Source of the DNA: Nitrosopumilus sp.
Lineage (GTDB): Archaea; Thermoproteota; Nitrososphaeria; Nitrososphaerales; Nitrosopumilaceae
Length of the DNA stretch: 64,000 bases
NCBI GenBank assembly: GCA_965249555.1
Contig: OZ252243.1
Location: forward strand, 2,016,001-2,080,000
Direction: 5' to 3'
Positions 51,980 to 61,595 of the stretch are shown in pieces. The notes beneath the pieces were generated by a model. It worked only from the letters and a program-made list of their open reading frames with translations, searched no databases and was not told the origin of the DNA. A program made the position numbers and the translations under genes. How positions within the stretch are numbered: the first letter of the stretch is position 1; each line of letters starts with the position of its first letter.

Positions 51980-53063
51980 TAGCGAAGAGTCAAAGTTCGT
52001 GAACTAAAAATCATCAAAACACTTTTTGATCACCACACACAATGAAACACATGGACAAGTTAGAACAGCTTGAAGCAGCATACAAAAAGGAAAACTCCAA
52101 AGATATAGTCAGGATGCTTGCAGTACTAATGGTTCTCAAAGAGGGTAAGGAATTAGAGTACGCACAAACACTACACCGCTGTACAAACTGGGTACGCAAA
52201 TGGGTTGATCGTTTTAAAGTAGATGGCCTATATGATCACCCAAGGAGTGGAAGACCATGTGTAATCCCAAAGAAGCAAATGGATTCTATTATGTTCAAAA
52301 TTATGTTGACACTATTTACACCTGTAATGCTGCAGCAGACAATATTTGATTCTACTGGAATAAAATTTCACATAACACATGTCAGAAAAATAATGCACCA
52401 GTATGGAATGTATGGAATGTCTGCTAAAACTGCACAAAAATATCACGTCAATCATGCAAGTGTAACAGCTGTGCGCAGCTGGGCAGCAACGCATGAAAAA
52501 GAGAATTCCACACCTAAAAAAGAGTGGATTCACCATTGCAATGCTTGATGAGGCATTCTTTGTTAGGGATGTAAAGGCAGGACGAAAATATTGGTCACCA
52601 GTTGCCAAAAGAATATTTCTCCCATATGTGGGAAACCATGAAAGTTTGGCAGTGTATGGAACAATTACAATCAATGGAGACCAACTGTTTAGAATTTATA
52701 AAAAATTCAACGGTATAACATTTGTAGAATATCTAAAAGAGCTACACTACAAATATGGTAAAATTGCGTTGATACTTGACAGGGCATCAGTGCAGCAATC
52801 AAAGAAGGTCAGGGACTTTTTGACAGATAATCCAGATGTTAAACTGATTTGGCTACCAAAAGGACCCACCATATCTAAACATGATAGAGCAGTGTTGGAA
52901 AATAGGCAAGCATGTGTTGTTGGTATCAGAATATTATGCAATGTTTGCAATAATGAATAATGCAGTGTCACAATACTTTGGAACAAAAAAATTCAAACTT
53001 GATGTTGTTAATTATATTTTTAGAAATCCTGCAAAGATGTTCACGAACTTTTGATCGTCGCTA
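51980..53063 (+). mobile_element. IS630-family element, copy 1 (frameshifted transposase 52042 to about 53050)
   Basis: IRs TAGCGAAGAGTCAAAGTTCGTGAAC / GTTCACGAACTTTTGATCGTCGCTA flanked by TA; HTH...RSGRP, DE, ILDRA and YLNMIE motifs. Confidence 0.93.
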
Positions 53064-53065
53064 TA

Positions 53066-53258
53066 CCATCACCCTCCTTTTTGATCAAATTGCCTGATCT
53101 AGCGGAATGCTCCCATTTGCCATCTATGTGGTATTTTGTTTTCCGCTCACTTTGAGTTAGTCTGTGTAACGCCCTTGTACATGGCAGTAATAATTCAACT
53201 CTCAGGCCCAACAGTAGGTATACATCACAAGATATGAAAAAGATTTCGTATAACGTCT
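53066..53258 (-). mobile_element. IS110/IS1111-type element B, left end up to the SD and start codon
   Basis: Core AG, sub-terminal IR ATACGAAATC, structured non-coding region, then AAGGAGGGTG ATGG interrupted by IS630 at TA. Confidence 0.7.
53092..53207 (-). ncRNA. candidate bridge/seek RNA of element B
   Basis: Closing stem GCCTGA/TCAGGC around two hairpins with internal loops (GAGTTG/TAACTC; AGCGGAA/TTCCGCT); a loop holds ATGGGAG matching the element's right end. Confidence 0.6.
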
Positions 53259-53350
53259 GTTAAGAGATTGATCATCAGAAACTGGGGGGCCTAAATACAT
53301 CAGGAATAATGAAATGGAATTGATTTTATACTACGTTTGATCAAAATATA

Positions 53351-53578
53351 ATGATGAAACCAAAAAGCAAACTCTCTTTTACAGTATGTAGTGAAGATGA
53401 AGGTGGATTTAGTGCACAATGTATTGAATTTCCAGGAATTATAACTCAAGCTGATACAGAGTCTAAACTCACAGAAATGATGACTGATGCAGTAAATGGC
53501 TATTTTGAATCCTTTCCAGAAGAACGAAAGAGATTACAAAACATAAAGAAAAATAAAGTGATAGAGATCAGTGTCTAA
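53351..53578 (+). CDS. hicB: HicB-family antitoxin
   Basis: EDEGGFSA.C.EFPG.ITQADT motif. Confidence 0.88.
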   Translation: MMKPKSKLSFTVCSEDEGGFSAQCIEFPGIITQADTESKLTEMMTDAVNGYFESFPEERKRLQNIKKNKVIEISV

Positions 53579-53783
53579 AAAACTACCAATTCTATCATCT
53601 AGAGATATTCTGAGAATACTGCGCAGACACAAATTTTGGCAAACTGGACAGACTGGTAGCCATATTTTTATGACTGATGGAAAGCACAAGGTCACAATTC
53701 CACAAAGAAAGGAAATGAAGAAAGGGACTATGATATCCATAATTACACAGTCAGGATTAACACGAGAAGATTTTCTCAAATAA
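53571..53783 (+). CDS. hicA: HicA-family mRNA interferase toxin
   Basis: LP..S..DILRIL...F..Q.GSH...VTIP...GT..SII.QSG pattern. Confidence 0.9.
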   Translation: MSKKLPILSSRDILRILRRHKFWQTGQTGSHIFMTDGKHKVTIPQRKEMKKGTMISIITQSGLTREDFLK

Positions 53784-53963
53784 TGGATATCACATTTTAT
53801 GTCAAAAACTATCTTATGCCTTTTGAACACATCATCAACTGCTCAACACTATCGGAGACATTTCAAACCGATGTGATAATTGTCAAATACTGTGGTGATA
53901 TTCGGTTGATTTGCTAGAATGGGTTTTGAACAGAAGAGTTATACCATTATACTCAAAACTGAT

Positions 53964-53999
53964 GTATGTATTGATTTGTGCGTGAAGGTTGATACATAC
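53964..53999 (-). mobile_element. 36-bp IS66-derived mini-element
   Basis: Reverse complement GTATGTATCAACCTTCACGCACAAATCAATACATAC equals the IS66 left end fused to the right IR. Confidence 0.75.
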
Positions 54000-54011
54000 T
54001 TCACATGGATA

Positions 54012-55095
54012 TAGCGACGATCAAAAGTTCGTGAACATCTTTGCAGGATTTCTAAAAATATAATTAACAACATCAAGTTTGAATTTTTTTGTTCCAAAGT
54101 ATTGTGACACTGCATTATTCATTATTGTAAACATTGCATAATATTCTGATACCAACAACACATGCTTGCCTATTTTCCAACACTGCTCTATCATGTTTAG
54201 ATATGGTGGGTCCTTTTGGTAGCCAAATCAGTTTAACATCTGGATTATCTGTCAAAAAGTCCTTGACCTTCTTTGATTTGTGCACTGATGCCCTGTCAAG
54301 TATCAACGCAATTTTACCATATTTGTAGTGTAGCTCTTTTAGATATTCTACAAATGTTATACCGTTGAATTTTTTATAAATTCTAAACAGTTGGCCCCCA
54401 TTGATTGTAATTGTTCCATACACTGCCAAACTTTCATGGTTTCCCACATATGGGAGAAATATTCTTTTGGCAACTGGTGACCAATATTTTCGTCCTGCCT
54501 TTACATCCCTAACAAAGAATGCCTCATCAAGCATTGCAATGGTGAATCCACTCTTTTTTAGGTGTGGAATTCTCTTTTTCATGCGTTGCTGCCCAGCTGC
54601 GCACAGCTGTTACACTTGCATGATTGACGTGATATTTTTGTGCAGTTTTAGCAGACATTCCATACATTCCATACTGGTGCATTATTTTTCTGACATGTGT
54701 TATGTGAAATTTTATTCCAGTAGAATCAAATATTGTCTGCTGCAGCATTACAGGTGTAAATAGTGTCAACATAATTTTGAACATAATAGAATCCATTTGC
54801 TTCTTTGGGATTACACATGGTCTTCCACTCCTTGGGTGATCATATAGGCCATCTACTTTAAAACGATCAACCCATTTGCGTACCCAGTTTGTACAGCGGT
54901 GTAGTGTTTGTGCGTACTCTAATTCCTTACCCTCTTTGAGAACCATTAGTACTGCAAGCATCCTGACTATATCTTTGGAGTTTTCCTTTTTGTATGCTGC
55001 TTCAAGCTGTTCTAACTTGTCCATGTGTTTCATTGTGTGTGGTGATCAAAAAGTGTTTTGATGATTTTTAGTTCACGAACTTTGACTCTTCGCTA
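54012..55095 (-). mobile_element. IS630-family element, copy 2 (inverted)
   Basis: Near-identical reverse complement of 51980-53063, flanked by TA. Confidence 0.93.
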
Positions 55096-55247
55096 TATCA
55101 ACCTTCGCGCACAAATCAATAGCTATATGTGAATACAAAAAGAAGGAATTCAGATAGCATAAAAAATGAACCCAGGTTCAGGACTCGTAATTCATCGTCC
55201 TCAAAGAAAAGTCCAAAGAGACAGATTAGGGGGAAAAAGACAAGGGC

Positions 55248-56231
55248 ATGTATGTTGGCATTGACTTGCACAAGAAATTTCTTCAAGTGGCAACAATGGA
55301 TAATGACGGAAAGATATTACAAAACATAAAAGTTGAGAACACTCATGAATCAATCAGGAAACATTTTACAGACATACAGATTCATGCCAATATTGTCATG
55401 GAATCATCATCAGTATAACACGTATGGATTTCTTACAGATGAATTGGGATACAAAAACGTGACACTCTCAAACCCGTATCTTACAAAGACAATAGCCGCA
55501 TCAAAAAAAACAGACAAGATTGATGCCAGGATACTGGCAGATCTTTTGCGTGGAGGATACATTGCAACATGCCATATTCCAAACAAAAAGATAGTAAAAC
55601 ATCGCCAGCTGGTAAGATACAGAAAAAAACTCATTCAGTGGAGAACATCTCTCAAAAATTCTGTCCATGGAATTTTGTTACAGGAGGGAATCAAGATACC
55701 CGGAGTCACATTCACTGTAACATACAACAAAAGACTCACCTCCCTAGGTGACTATCGCATAGATGGATTTGTACGACAGATAGACTATCTTAATCTGCAA
55801 ATTGCAGATATTAATTCAAGAGTGTATGCTGCTGTAAATGCCAGTCCTGATGCCATGATAATAAAATCAATACCCGGAATTGGTGACTACTCGTCACTAG
55901 TTATCGCATCAGAAATTGCAAATATTAGCAGATTCAATGACTCTCACAAGTTATGCGCATATGCAGGAGTCGTGCCATCAGTCAGAAACTCTGCAGATTA
56001 CACCATGGCAGCATAACCAAAAGAGGAAGCATGACACTACGATGGGTCCTTATCCAATGCGTCCATTCTCATGCAATACATGCCAAGAACAGTGACATTA
56101 CAAAATTTTACAATCGCATTAAAAAGAAGAGAGGCTCATCAAAAGATGCAGTTGCCGCATCATCCCAGATTCTGTGAGTGATTTACTGGATGCTAAAAGA
56201 GAGGAGAGAATTTGTACAGAATTACAGTTAG
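55248..56231 (+). pseudogene. IS110 DEDD transposase (two frameshifts and one TGA)
   Basis: MYVGIDLHK, VMES, KKTDKIDA, SIPGIG, YAGVVPSVRNS and G.ITKRGS..LRW motifs across frames. Confidence 0.9.
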
Positions 56232-56400
56232 GACTGCAAGTCGCGTTTGGTATGTTGAGGGACAAGCCTCGGTTGATAACTGCGAATAGGTCCTAACGAA
56301 GGGATGAAGATAGCATTGAGGAAGAAGCCTCGTATGGATACATGTCCGTCATCTTTTGTTTGAAAGCATTCCCTAGCGAAAGCTATGCCTTGGGATGTAA
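56227..56400 (+). ncRNA. candidate bridge/seek RNA of element A
   Basis: Two internal-loop hairpins, each capped by GAGG-N6-CCTC; guides match the target and donor junctions; third hairpin TAGC-GAAA-GCTA. Confidence 0.78.
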
Positions 56401-56450
56401 AAAAGTAGGAAATGTATAAAAACAATTCACATGGATACATACCTAAACAG

Positions 56451-57913
56451 GTATGTATCAACCTTCACGCACAAATCAACACTATTACACAAAAAGATCT
56501 AAGATCAACTAAATCATCATACAAAACATGTCAGGTTGTGGTCATGAGAAAATCATCATACAGCTACAAAAAAAGACAAAACAACAAGACGAAGTGATAA
56601 AACAACTACAAGCAGAGATAAAACAACAAAAACTAATCACAGGGAATCTCATAGAATCAAACAAGGAACTACAAAAAAGACTGTCATATTATGAGAATGC
56701 GCACTCTCCGCCATCAAAGAATTCCCTTGAATGGAGAAAGCAAAAAAGACAACACAGACAGCCAGGCAAATCAAGACGTGGTGGAATAGCAGGACACGTT
56801 GGCAAGACACAGAAATTCAGACCAACTAGCACCAAACACCACAGATCAGATGCATGTCCCAAATGCGGTAGTGAAAATATTCATCAAACCAAAACCTGCA
56901 AAAGGATAATGGTTGAGATTCCTCCACCAACACCCTACGGTATAACTGAGCATGTTTTGAATCAATACATCTGCATGGACTGTTCTGATAATTTTCAAAC
57001 CACGGGAAACCTTCCACTACATGGATGTTTTGATGGTTCAGTGATACGTGAGGTAGTCTCACTGTTCTCAAAGAGATTGACATACGATGCTATCAGAACC
57101 ACACTCTATGAAAGATATGGATTAGAAATCAGCAATACAACCGTACAATCCATTCTTCGCAACGGTAGTGTGATGTTAGAGTCATTTTACAATGACATCC
57201 ACAGCGAAATCGTGACTGAAAAGATTCTCGGAATCGATGAGACCGGATTTTCAATTGATGGAAATACTGGATGGATGTGGGTTGCAAGAAGCAAGACTAG
57301 TGCACAGTATGCCTTGGAGTACAGCAGAGGTGCCAATGTTCTAAAAAAGTACTGGAAGAAATTCAAAGGAACCCTAGTGTCTGACGGATATGCTCCGTAC
57401 AGGACAGTATTTTGTGATAACACAAAGCAGAGATGCACCGCACACCTGCAGCGCGATGCCAAATATCTGGCAATAAAATCAAAGGACAAAAAGGCCAGGA
57501 TTCTATATGAGAAACTCTCAGGGATGCTAGGTCATGCCAGGGTTTGGAGTGTAGGTAATCGTCATACAAAACGGCGGGAAACGTACAGGAATGATTTACT
57601 AAAACAGCTGGACCGTATCATTGCACGATATTTGAAAGGTGATACGGAGATGGTTCAGTTTGGCAAGAAGCTAAAGACTGCAAGGAACAGCATGTTTACG
57701 TTTGTCATGGATGGTGATGTCCCGTCAACTAACAATGATGCAGAGAATTCCATTCGAAAGTGCGTGATGCAGAGGAATGTTCGCGGGCAGATGAAGAGTG
57801 ATCAGGGCATGAGGATGATCTCAGTCTTTCTCACATGCTTTGAGACATGGAGAATAAGGGAATTGAACATGTTTTCTGAGATGGCAAAATACATCTAAGT
57901 GCTTAATACATAC
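56451..57913 (+). mobile_element. IS66-family element (single-ORF, ISBst12-like), intact
   Basis: IRs GTATGTAT(C/T)AA; 8-bp TSD CTAAACAG at 56443-50 and 57914-21. Confidence 0.93.
56528..57898 (+). CDS. IS66-family transposase
   Basis: N.HSPPS, CPKCG, IDETG, LVSDGY..Y, QRCTAHL.R and TNNDAE.SIR motifs. Confidence 0.95.
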   Translation: MSGCGHEKIIIQLQKKTKQQDEVIKQLQAEIKQQKLITGNLIESNKELQKRLSYYENAHSPPSKNSLEWRKQKRQHRQPGKSRRGGIAGHVGKTQKFRPTSTKHHRSDACPKCGSENIHQTKTCKRIMVEIPPPTPYGITEHVLNQYICMDCSDNFQTTGNLPLHGCFDGSVIREVVSLFSKRLTYDAIRTTLYERYGLEISNTTVQSILRNGSVMLESFYNDIHSEIVTEKILGIDETGFSIDGNTGWMWVARSKTSAQYALEYSRGANVLKKYWKKFKGTLVSDGYAPYRTVFCDNTKQRCTAHLQRDAKYLAIKSKDKKARILYEKLSGMLGHARVWSVGNRHTKRRETYRNDLLKQLDRIIARYLKGDTEMVQFGKKLKTARNSMFTFVMDGDVPSTNNDAENSIRKCVMQRNVRGQMKSDQGMRMISVFLTCFETWRIRELNMFSEMAKYI

Positions 57914-57952
57914 CTAAACAGTTATTTATATAGAAATTTAGTAATTGAGTAT

Positions 57953-58222
57953 ATGATGTCAGCAATGCATCAAATGCAATACACTGGATTCACAACAACC
58001 ATGTTAGCTCTTGAACCAACTGCAACTGATACTGAAGTCTATTTTGTAGAATTAAAACAAGATGAAGATGGACGTTTTGTTGCTACTGTTCCAAAATTAC
58101 CTGGTGTTGTAACTGATGGTGCTACAGAAGATGAAGCATTAGATAATGTTAATGATGCAGTTCAAGCCATGTTAGAAGCTAAAGGATTAAAGCAACAGTT
58201 TATTCTTATCAGTGTTTCATAA
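57953..58222 (+). CDS. hicB: HicB-family antitoxin
   Basis: DEDGRFVATVP.LPGVVTDG.T..EAL.N..DA motif. Confidence 0.9.
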   Translation: MMSAMHQMQYTGFTTTMLALEPTATDTEVYFVELKQDEDGRFVATVPKLPGVVTDGATEDEALDNVNDAVQAMLEAKGLKQQFILISVS

Positions 58223-58229
58223 CGTCGTA

Positions 58230-58451
58230 TTGCCTAAGTTACCACGACCTTCTACTAGAGAATTAGCAGCTTTTCTAAATACTCAAGGTTACACTTTGGA
58301 TCATTCAAGAAAACATCATGTTTTTAAAAATAGTGCAGGAGCAATGGTAACTGTTCCTGAAAGACAAGAAATAGGAACTGGATTACTGATGGCAATATTG
58401 GCTGAAATTGGTTGTAGTAGAGATGATTTTATGAAATGGTGGCAAAAATAA
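58230..58451 (+). CDS. hicA: HicA-family toxin
   Basis: LP....REL..FL...GY...HHVFK...VTVP...EIG.GLL.AIL pattern. Confidence 0.85.
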   Translation: MPKLPRPSTRELAAFLNTQGYTLDHSRKHHVFKNSAGAMVTVPERQEIGTGLLMAILAEIGCSRDDFMKWWQK

Positions 58452-58497
58452 ACTCAAAAAGCATAGAACATATAATTCAGTGGGGTAAAACCTTGAT

Positions 58498-58953
58498 ATG
58501 ATTCCTGAAGAAGAAATTCGAAACAACCTTGTTGATATGGGATACATATTGGCAACACCAAGAGCACTTTTTCCAAGTTATTACAAATTGAATGATGGAA
58601 CTATTGCTAGAGCATTAATCAACATAAATTATCTGATCGCCGATCCACAAGCTCCACAGGGTTTTGCAGTAAACCAAACCAATTCCGTTACTGCATTTGT
58701 ACCAAAAGAAAAGCGACATCCTGAATTATTTCAACCATATAATACTGCAGAGTTATTGAAAGACCCTATAGATGAAGATGTGGAATTTGAAGTTTTACGA
58801 GAAAACTTTAGCGTTTATGATCTCAGTAATGATATGATTCTTAGTGTTAAGACAGTTGTAGGTCAAATCATAAAATCAAAATATCATACTAGAGACGGAG
58901 AACCAATCTATAGTATTAACACAAATCCAATCATCAAAGCAAAAAAGAAATAA
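58498..58953 (+). CDS. hypothetical protein
   Basis: 151-aa ORF; two similar Y.L.DG/YDLSND beta units and a GEPIY motif. Confidence 0.7.
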   Translation: MIPEEEIRNNLVDMGYILATPRALFPSYYKLNDGTIARALININYLIADPQAPQGFAVNQTNSVTAFVPKEKRHPELFQPYNTAELLKDPIDEDVEFEVLRENFSVYDLSNDMILSVKTVVGQIIKSKYHTRDGEPIYSINTNPIIKAKKK

Positions 58954-59036
58954 AATAGAATTTTTTAGGCATGAGACATATTCAAAATCATTGTTAATTA
59001 AAAAAGAACGTCAATTTCTTACTGAAAAAACGTATG

Positions 59037-59544
59037 TATCCATGTGAATTGTTTTTATACATTTCCCACTTTTTTACATCCAGAGGAATAGCTTTCGCTA
59101 GGGAATGCTTTCAAACAAAAGATGACGGACATGTATCCATACGAGGCTTCTTCCTCAATGCTATCTTCATCCCTTCGTTAGGACATATTCGCAGTTATCA
59201 ACCGAGGCTTGTCCCTCAACATACCAAACGCGACTTGCAGTCCTAACTGTAATTCTGTACAAATTCTCTCCTCTTTTTTAGCATCCAGTAAATCACTCAC
59301 AGAATCTGGGATGATGCGGCAACTGCATCTTTTGATGAGCCTCTCTTCTTTTTAATGCGATTGTAAAATTTTGTAATGTCACTGTTCTTGGCATGTATTG
59401 CATGAGAATGGACGCATTGGATAATGACCCATCGTAGTGTCATGCTTCCTCTTTTGGTTATGCTGCCATGGTGTAATCTGCAGAGTTTCTGACTGATGGC
59501 ACGACTCCTGCATATGCGCATAACTTGTGAGAGTCATTGAATCT
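59037..59544 (-). mobile_element. IS110 element A, partial copy 2 (right end, RNA and transposase C-terminus)
   Basis: Reverse complement of about 55930-56437 with a few substitutions. Confidence 0.9.
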
Positions 59545-59670
59545 CCCATACGAAATCGTCTCCAATTACTACGGACACTTTTTAGCGTGCTTTGCTGAAT
59601 CAGGACATCTCAGATATGCCTTGCATCTTATACTTTTGTTGTGTCAGTTCATGATTTTGTGTACGATACA
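59543..59670 (-). mobile_element. IS110/IS1111-type element B, right-end fragment
   Basis: Minus strand GATTTCGTAT-GGG-AG (IR to the ATACGAAATC of the left ends), preceded by a putative transposase tail YRTQNHELTQQKYK. Confidence 0.6.
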
Positions 59671-59713
59671 CTTTCAGAATTGCAAAGAGAAGAGGAAGTG
59701 GAAATGTGTGTGC

Positions 59714-60113
59714 TCATCTTTTCCCAATCTTGCCCCGGATAAACCGGTACATCTTCTCTGCTGATTTTTTTGGTATTGCATCAATTGTACCGTTTGTGTT
59801 TCTTCCCCAGAAGATGTGATTCCTTTCACTCTTTGACATTTCCGTCATTCCCCTCACAAAGAAGACCAGCGATGATGAGAACAGTCCCTTCTCCAGTCTG
59901 ATGTTTGTGATGGTATTGTAATAGTACTCTTCAATGTTTTCCCCAAAGCCCAGCCGTATCAGGTTTCGGATAATTACCCTCTTTTCTGTAAGATATACGG
60001 TGTTTGGGTTGATTAGTGCCGCACCACCGGGCAGTACCCTTGACTGTCTTGCAGACATTATTAGTCTCGCCAGAATCCAGCCGGTCTCTGATCTTTTCTA
60101 CCTCTGAGCTCAT
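59714..60113 (-). pseudogene. frameshifted bacterial-type PH-domain protein
   Basis: L..GE start in one frame; YLTEKRVII...I.NIRLEKGLFSS in another. Confidence 0.6.
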
Positions 60114-60359
60114 GATGTACCCTGTATGTTTTGTATAAAAGGTATATCTTGCAGTTTAGGGCAGCACACCAGATATAAGATCCTGGATTATCTTGTATGC
60201 CCCAAGCAGCGCATCATGTAACATGTCATATGATATGGCAAATACTCCCGTATACCACAGGACTATCACTATACCAAGAAACACACAGAGCTTGAGAATC
60301 CCCCACATGTATACATACAATACAATCCGTTTTTAACTGGGTTGAATGGAATTTTTGGC

Positions 60360-60464
60360 ATGAACAAGCGTCTCGTAATGGTAGGTGTACTTTTAGGGAT
60401 TATAGTTACATTTGCAGTAATTATTGGCTCACCTGCATTAGGTGGATTTGATACTTTACGATAA
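60360..60464 (+). CDS. small membrane protein (34 aa)
   Basis: Manual translation MNKRLVMVGVLLGIIVTFAVIIGSPALGGFDTLR. Confidence 0.5.
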   Translation: MNKRLVMVGVLLGIIVTFAVIIGSPALGGFDTLR

Positions 60465-61595
60465 TCACCCAAATTTAGTATGTGCTTTTTCAAAAATTTC
60501 AAGCGTTTTTTCAATATCTACCTTTGATAACCACGCAGTAACAGAAATTCTCAATCTTGCTTGATTTTTTGGAACTGTAGGGTATCTAATTGGTTGTGCA
60601 AATACTCCATTATTAAACAAAAATTCTCCAAAGTCCATTGCTGACTTTTCATTTCCGATAATTATTGGTATGATATGTGTTGGAGAATTTGTCTCATATC
60701 CAATTTGTCTCAATCCTTTTGAGAGTTGTTTGACATTTTTTTCTAGCTTTTCCTTTTGTTTTTCTCTGTTTGATTCAAATCTTTTCAGGGAATGTTCAAT
60801 CAAAAATGAAGGAAGTGCAGATGTGTAAATAAATGATTTTGATTTGTTAATACATAAATCAATCACATTATTTTGTGATGCAACATATCCTCCAAATGAT
60901 CCTAGCCCTTTACTTAGACTACTAATATACAAATCAATTTTTTTTGCAACATTGAAATAATTTGGAGTTCCTTTCCCGTCTTCTCCAATAACAAAATCCC
61001 CGTGTGCATCATCTACAATAGTAATTGCATTTGTTTTTTCTGAGATCTCAGTTATTTGTTTTAATAATGAAAAATCTCCATCCATACTAAATATTCCTTC
61101 AGTGATTACAACTTTGTTTTTCCCATTCTGCTTTAGTTTCTTTTGTAAATCCTGCATATCATTATGTTTGTAAATTAAAACTTTAGCATCTGATAATTTA
61201 CATGATTCTATAATACTTGCATGGTTTAACTCATCACTTAGAATCAAATCGCCTTTTTTTACAATTGAAGAAATTGCCCCAAGATTTGCCATGTATCCTG
61301 TAGGGTAAACTAAACTGTTTTGTTTTGATTTATGTTTTGCAAGGATATCTTCTAATTTTTTGTATGATTCATCATTTCCAGAAACAAGTCTTGAACTTGA
61401 CTGAAGCTGTTTAAATTGAATCTTTGTTGTTGTAATTCCAAGATAATCATTTGAACATAAGTTGAGAAGTTTTTTACCATTAATTGTAATATGTGAATCT
61501 TTTACCTTACCGTATCGTAATTTTCTGTAGAGGTTGTTTTGCTTAATTTTACCTATCTCTGAATCAATAAAGTCTAGTTTATGCTTTGAGACCAA
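60465..61595 (-). CDS. bioF: 8-amino-7-oxononanoate synthase
   Basis: SNDYLG, GYMAN, NHASI, DDAHG and SLSK motifs; bio cluster. Confidence 0.93.
   Translation of the reverse strand: MVSKHKLDFIDSEIGKIKQNNLYRKLRYGKVKDSHITINGKKLLNLCSNDYLGITTTKIQFKQLQSSSRLVSGNDESYKKLEDILAKHKSKQNSLVYPTGYMANLGAISSIVKKGDLILSDELNHASIIESCKLSDAKVLIYKHNDMQDLQKKLKQNGKNKVVITEGIFSMDGDFSLLKQITEISEKTNAITIVDDAHGDFVIGEDGKGTPNYFNVAKKIDLYISSLSKGLGSFGGYVASQNNVIDLCINKSKSFIYTSALPSFLIEHSLKRFESNREKQKEKLEKNVKQLSKGLRQIGYETNSPTHIIPIIIGNEKSAMDFGEFLFNNGVFAQPIRYPTVPKNQARLRISVTAWLSKVDIEKTLEIFEKAHTKFG

Larger units (their letters stand above)
55120..56437 (+). mobile_element. IS110 family (IS1111-type) element A
   Basis: TA core at both ends; sub-terminal IRs ATGTGAAT/ATTCACAT; transposase followed by a 200-nt non-coding right end. 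Confidence 0.9.

Noticed and set aside
53066-53260. Group II intron end or IscB/TnpB omega-RNA
   Set aside because: No domain V motif and no iscB/tnpB ORF; sub-terminal IRs with 7/3 spacing and the two-loop fold fit an IS1111-type end better.
56228-56461. 77-aa ORF (and its 70-aa twin at 59034-59246)
   Set aside because: Antisense to the structured IS110 right end; its repetition simply reflects the IS duplication.
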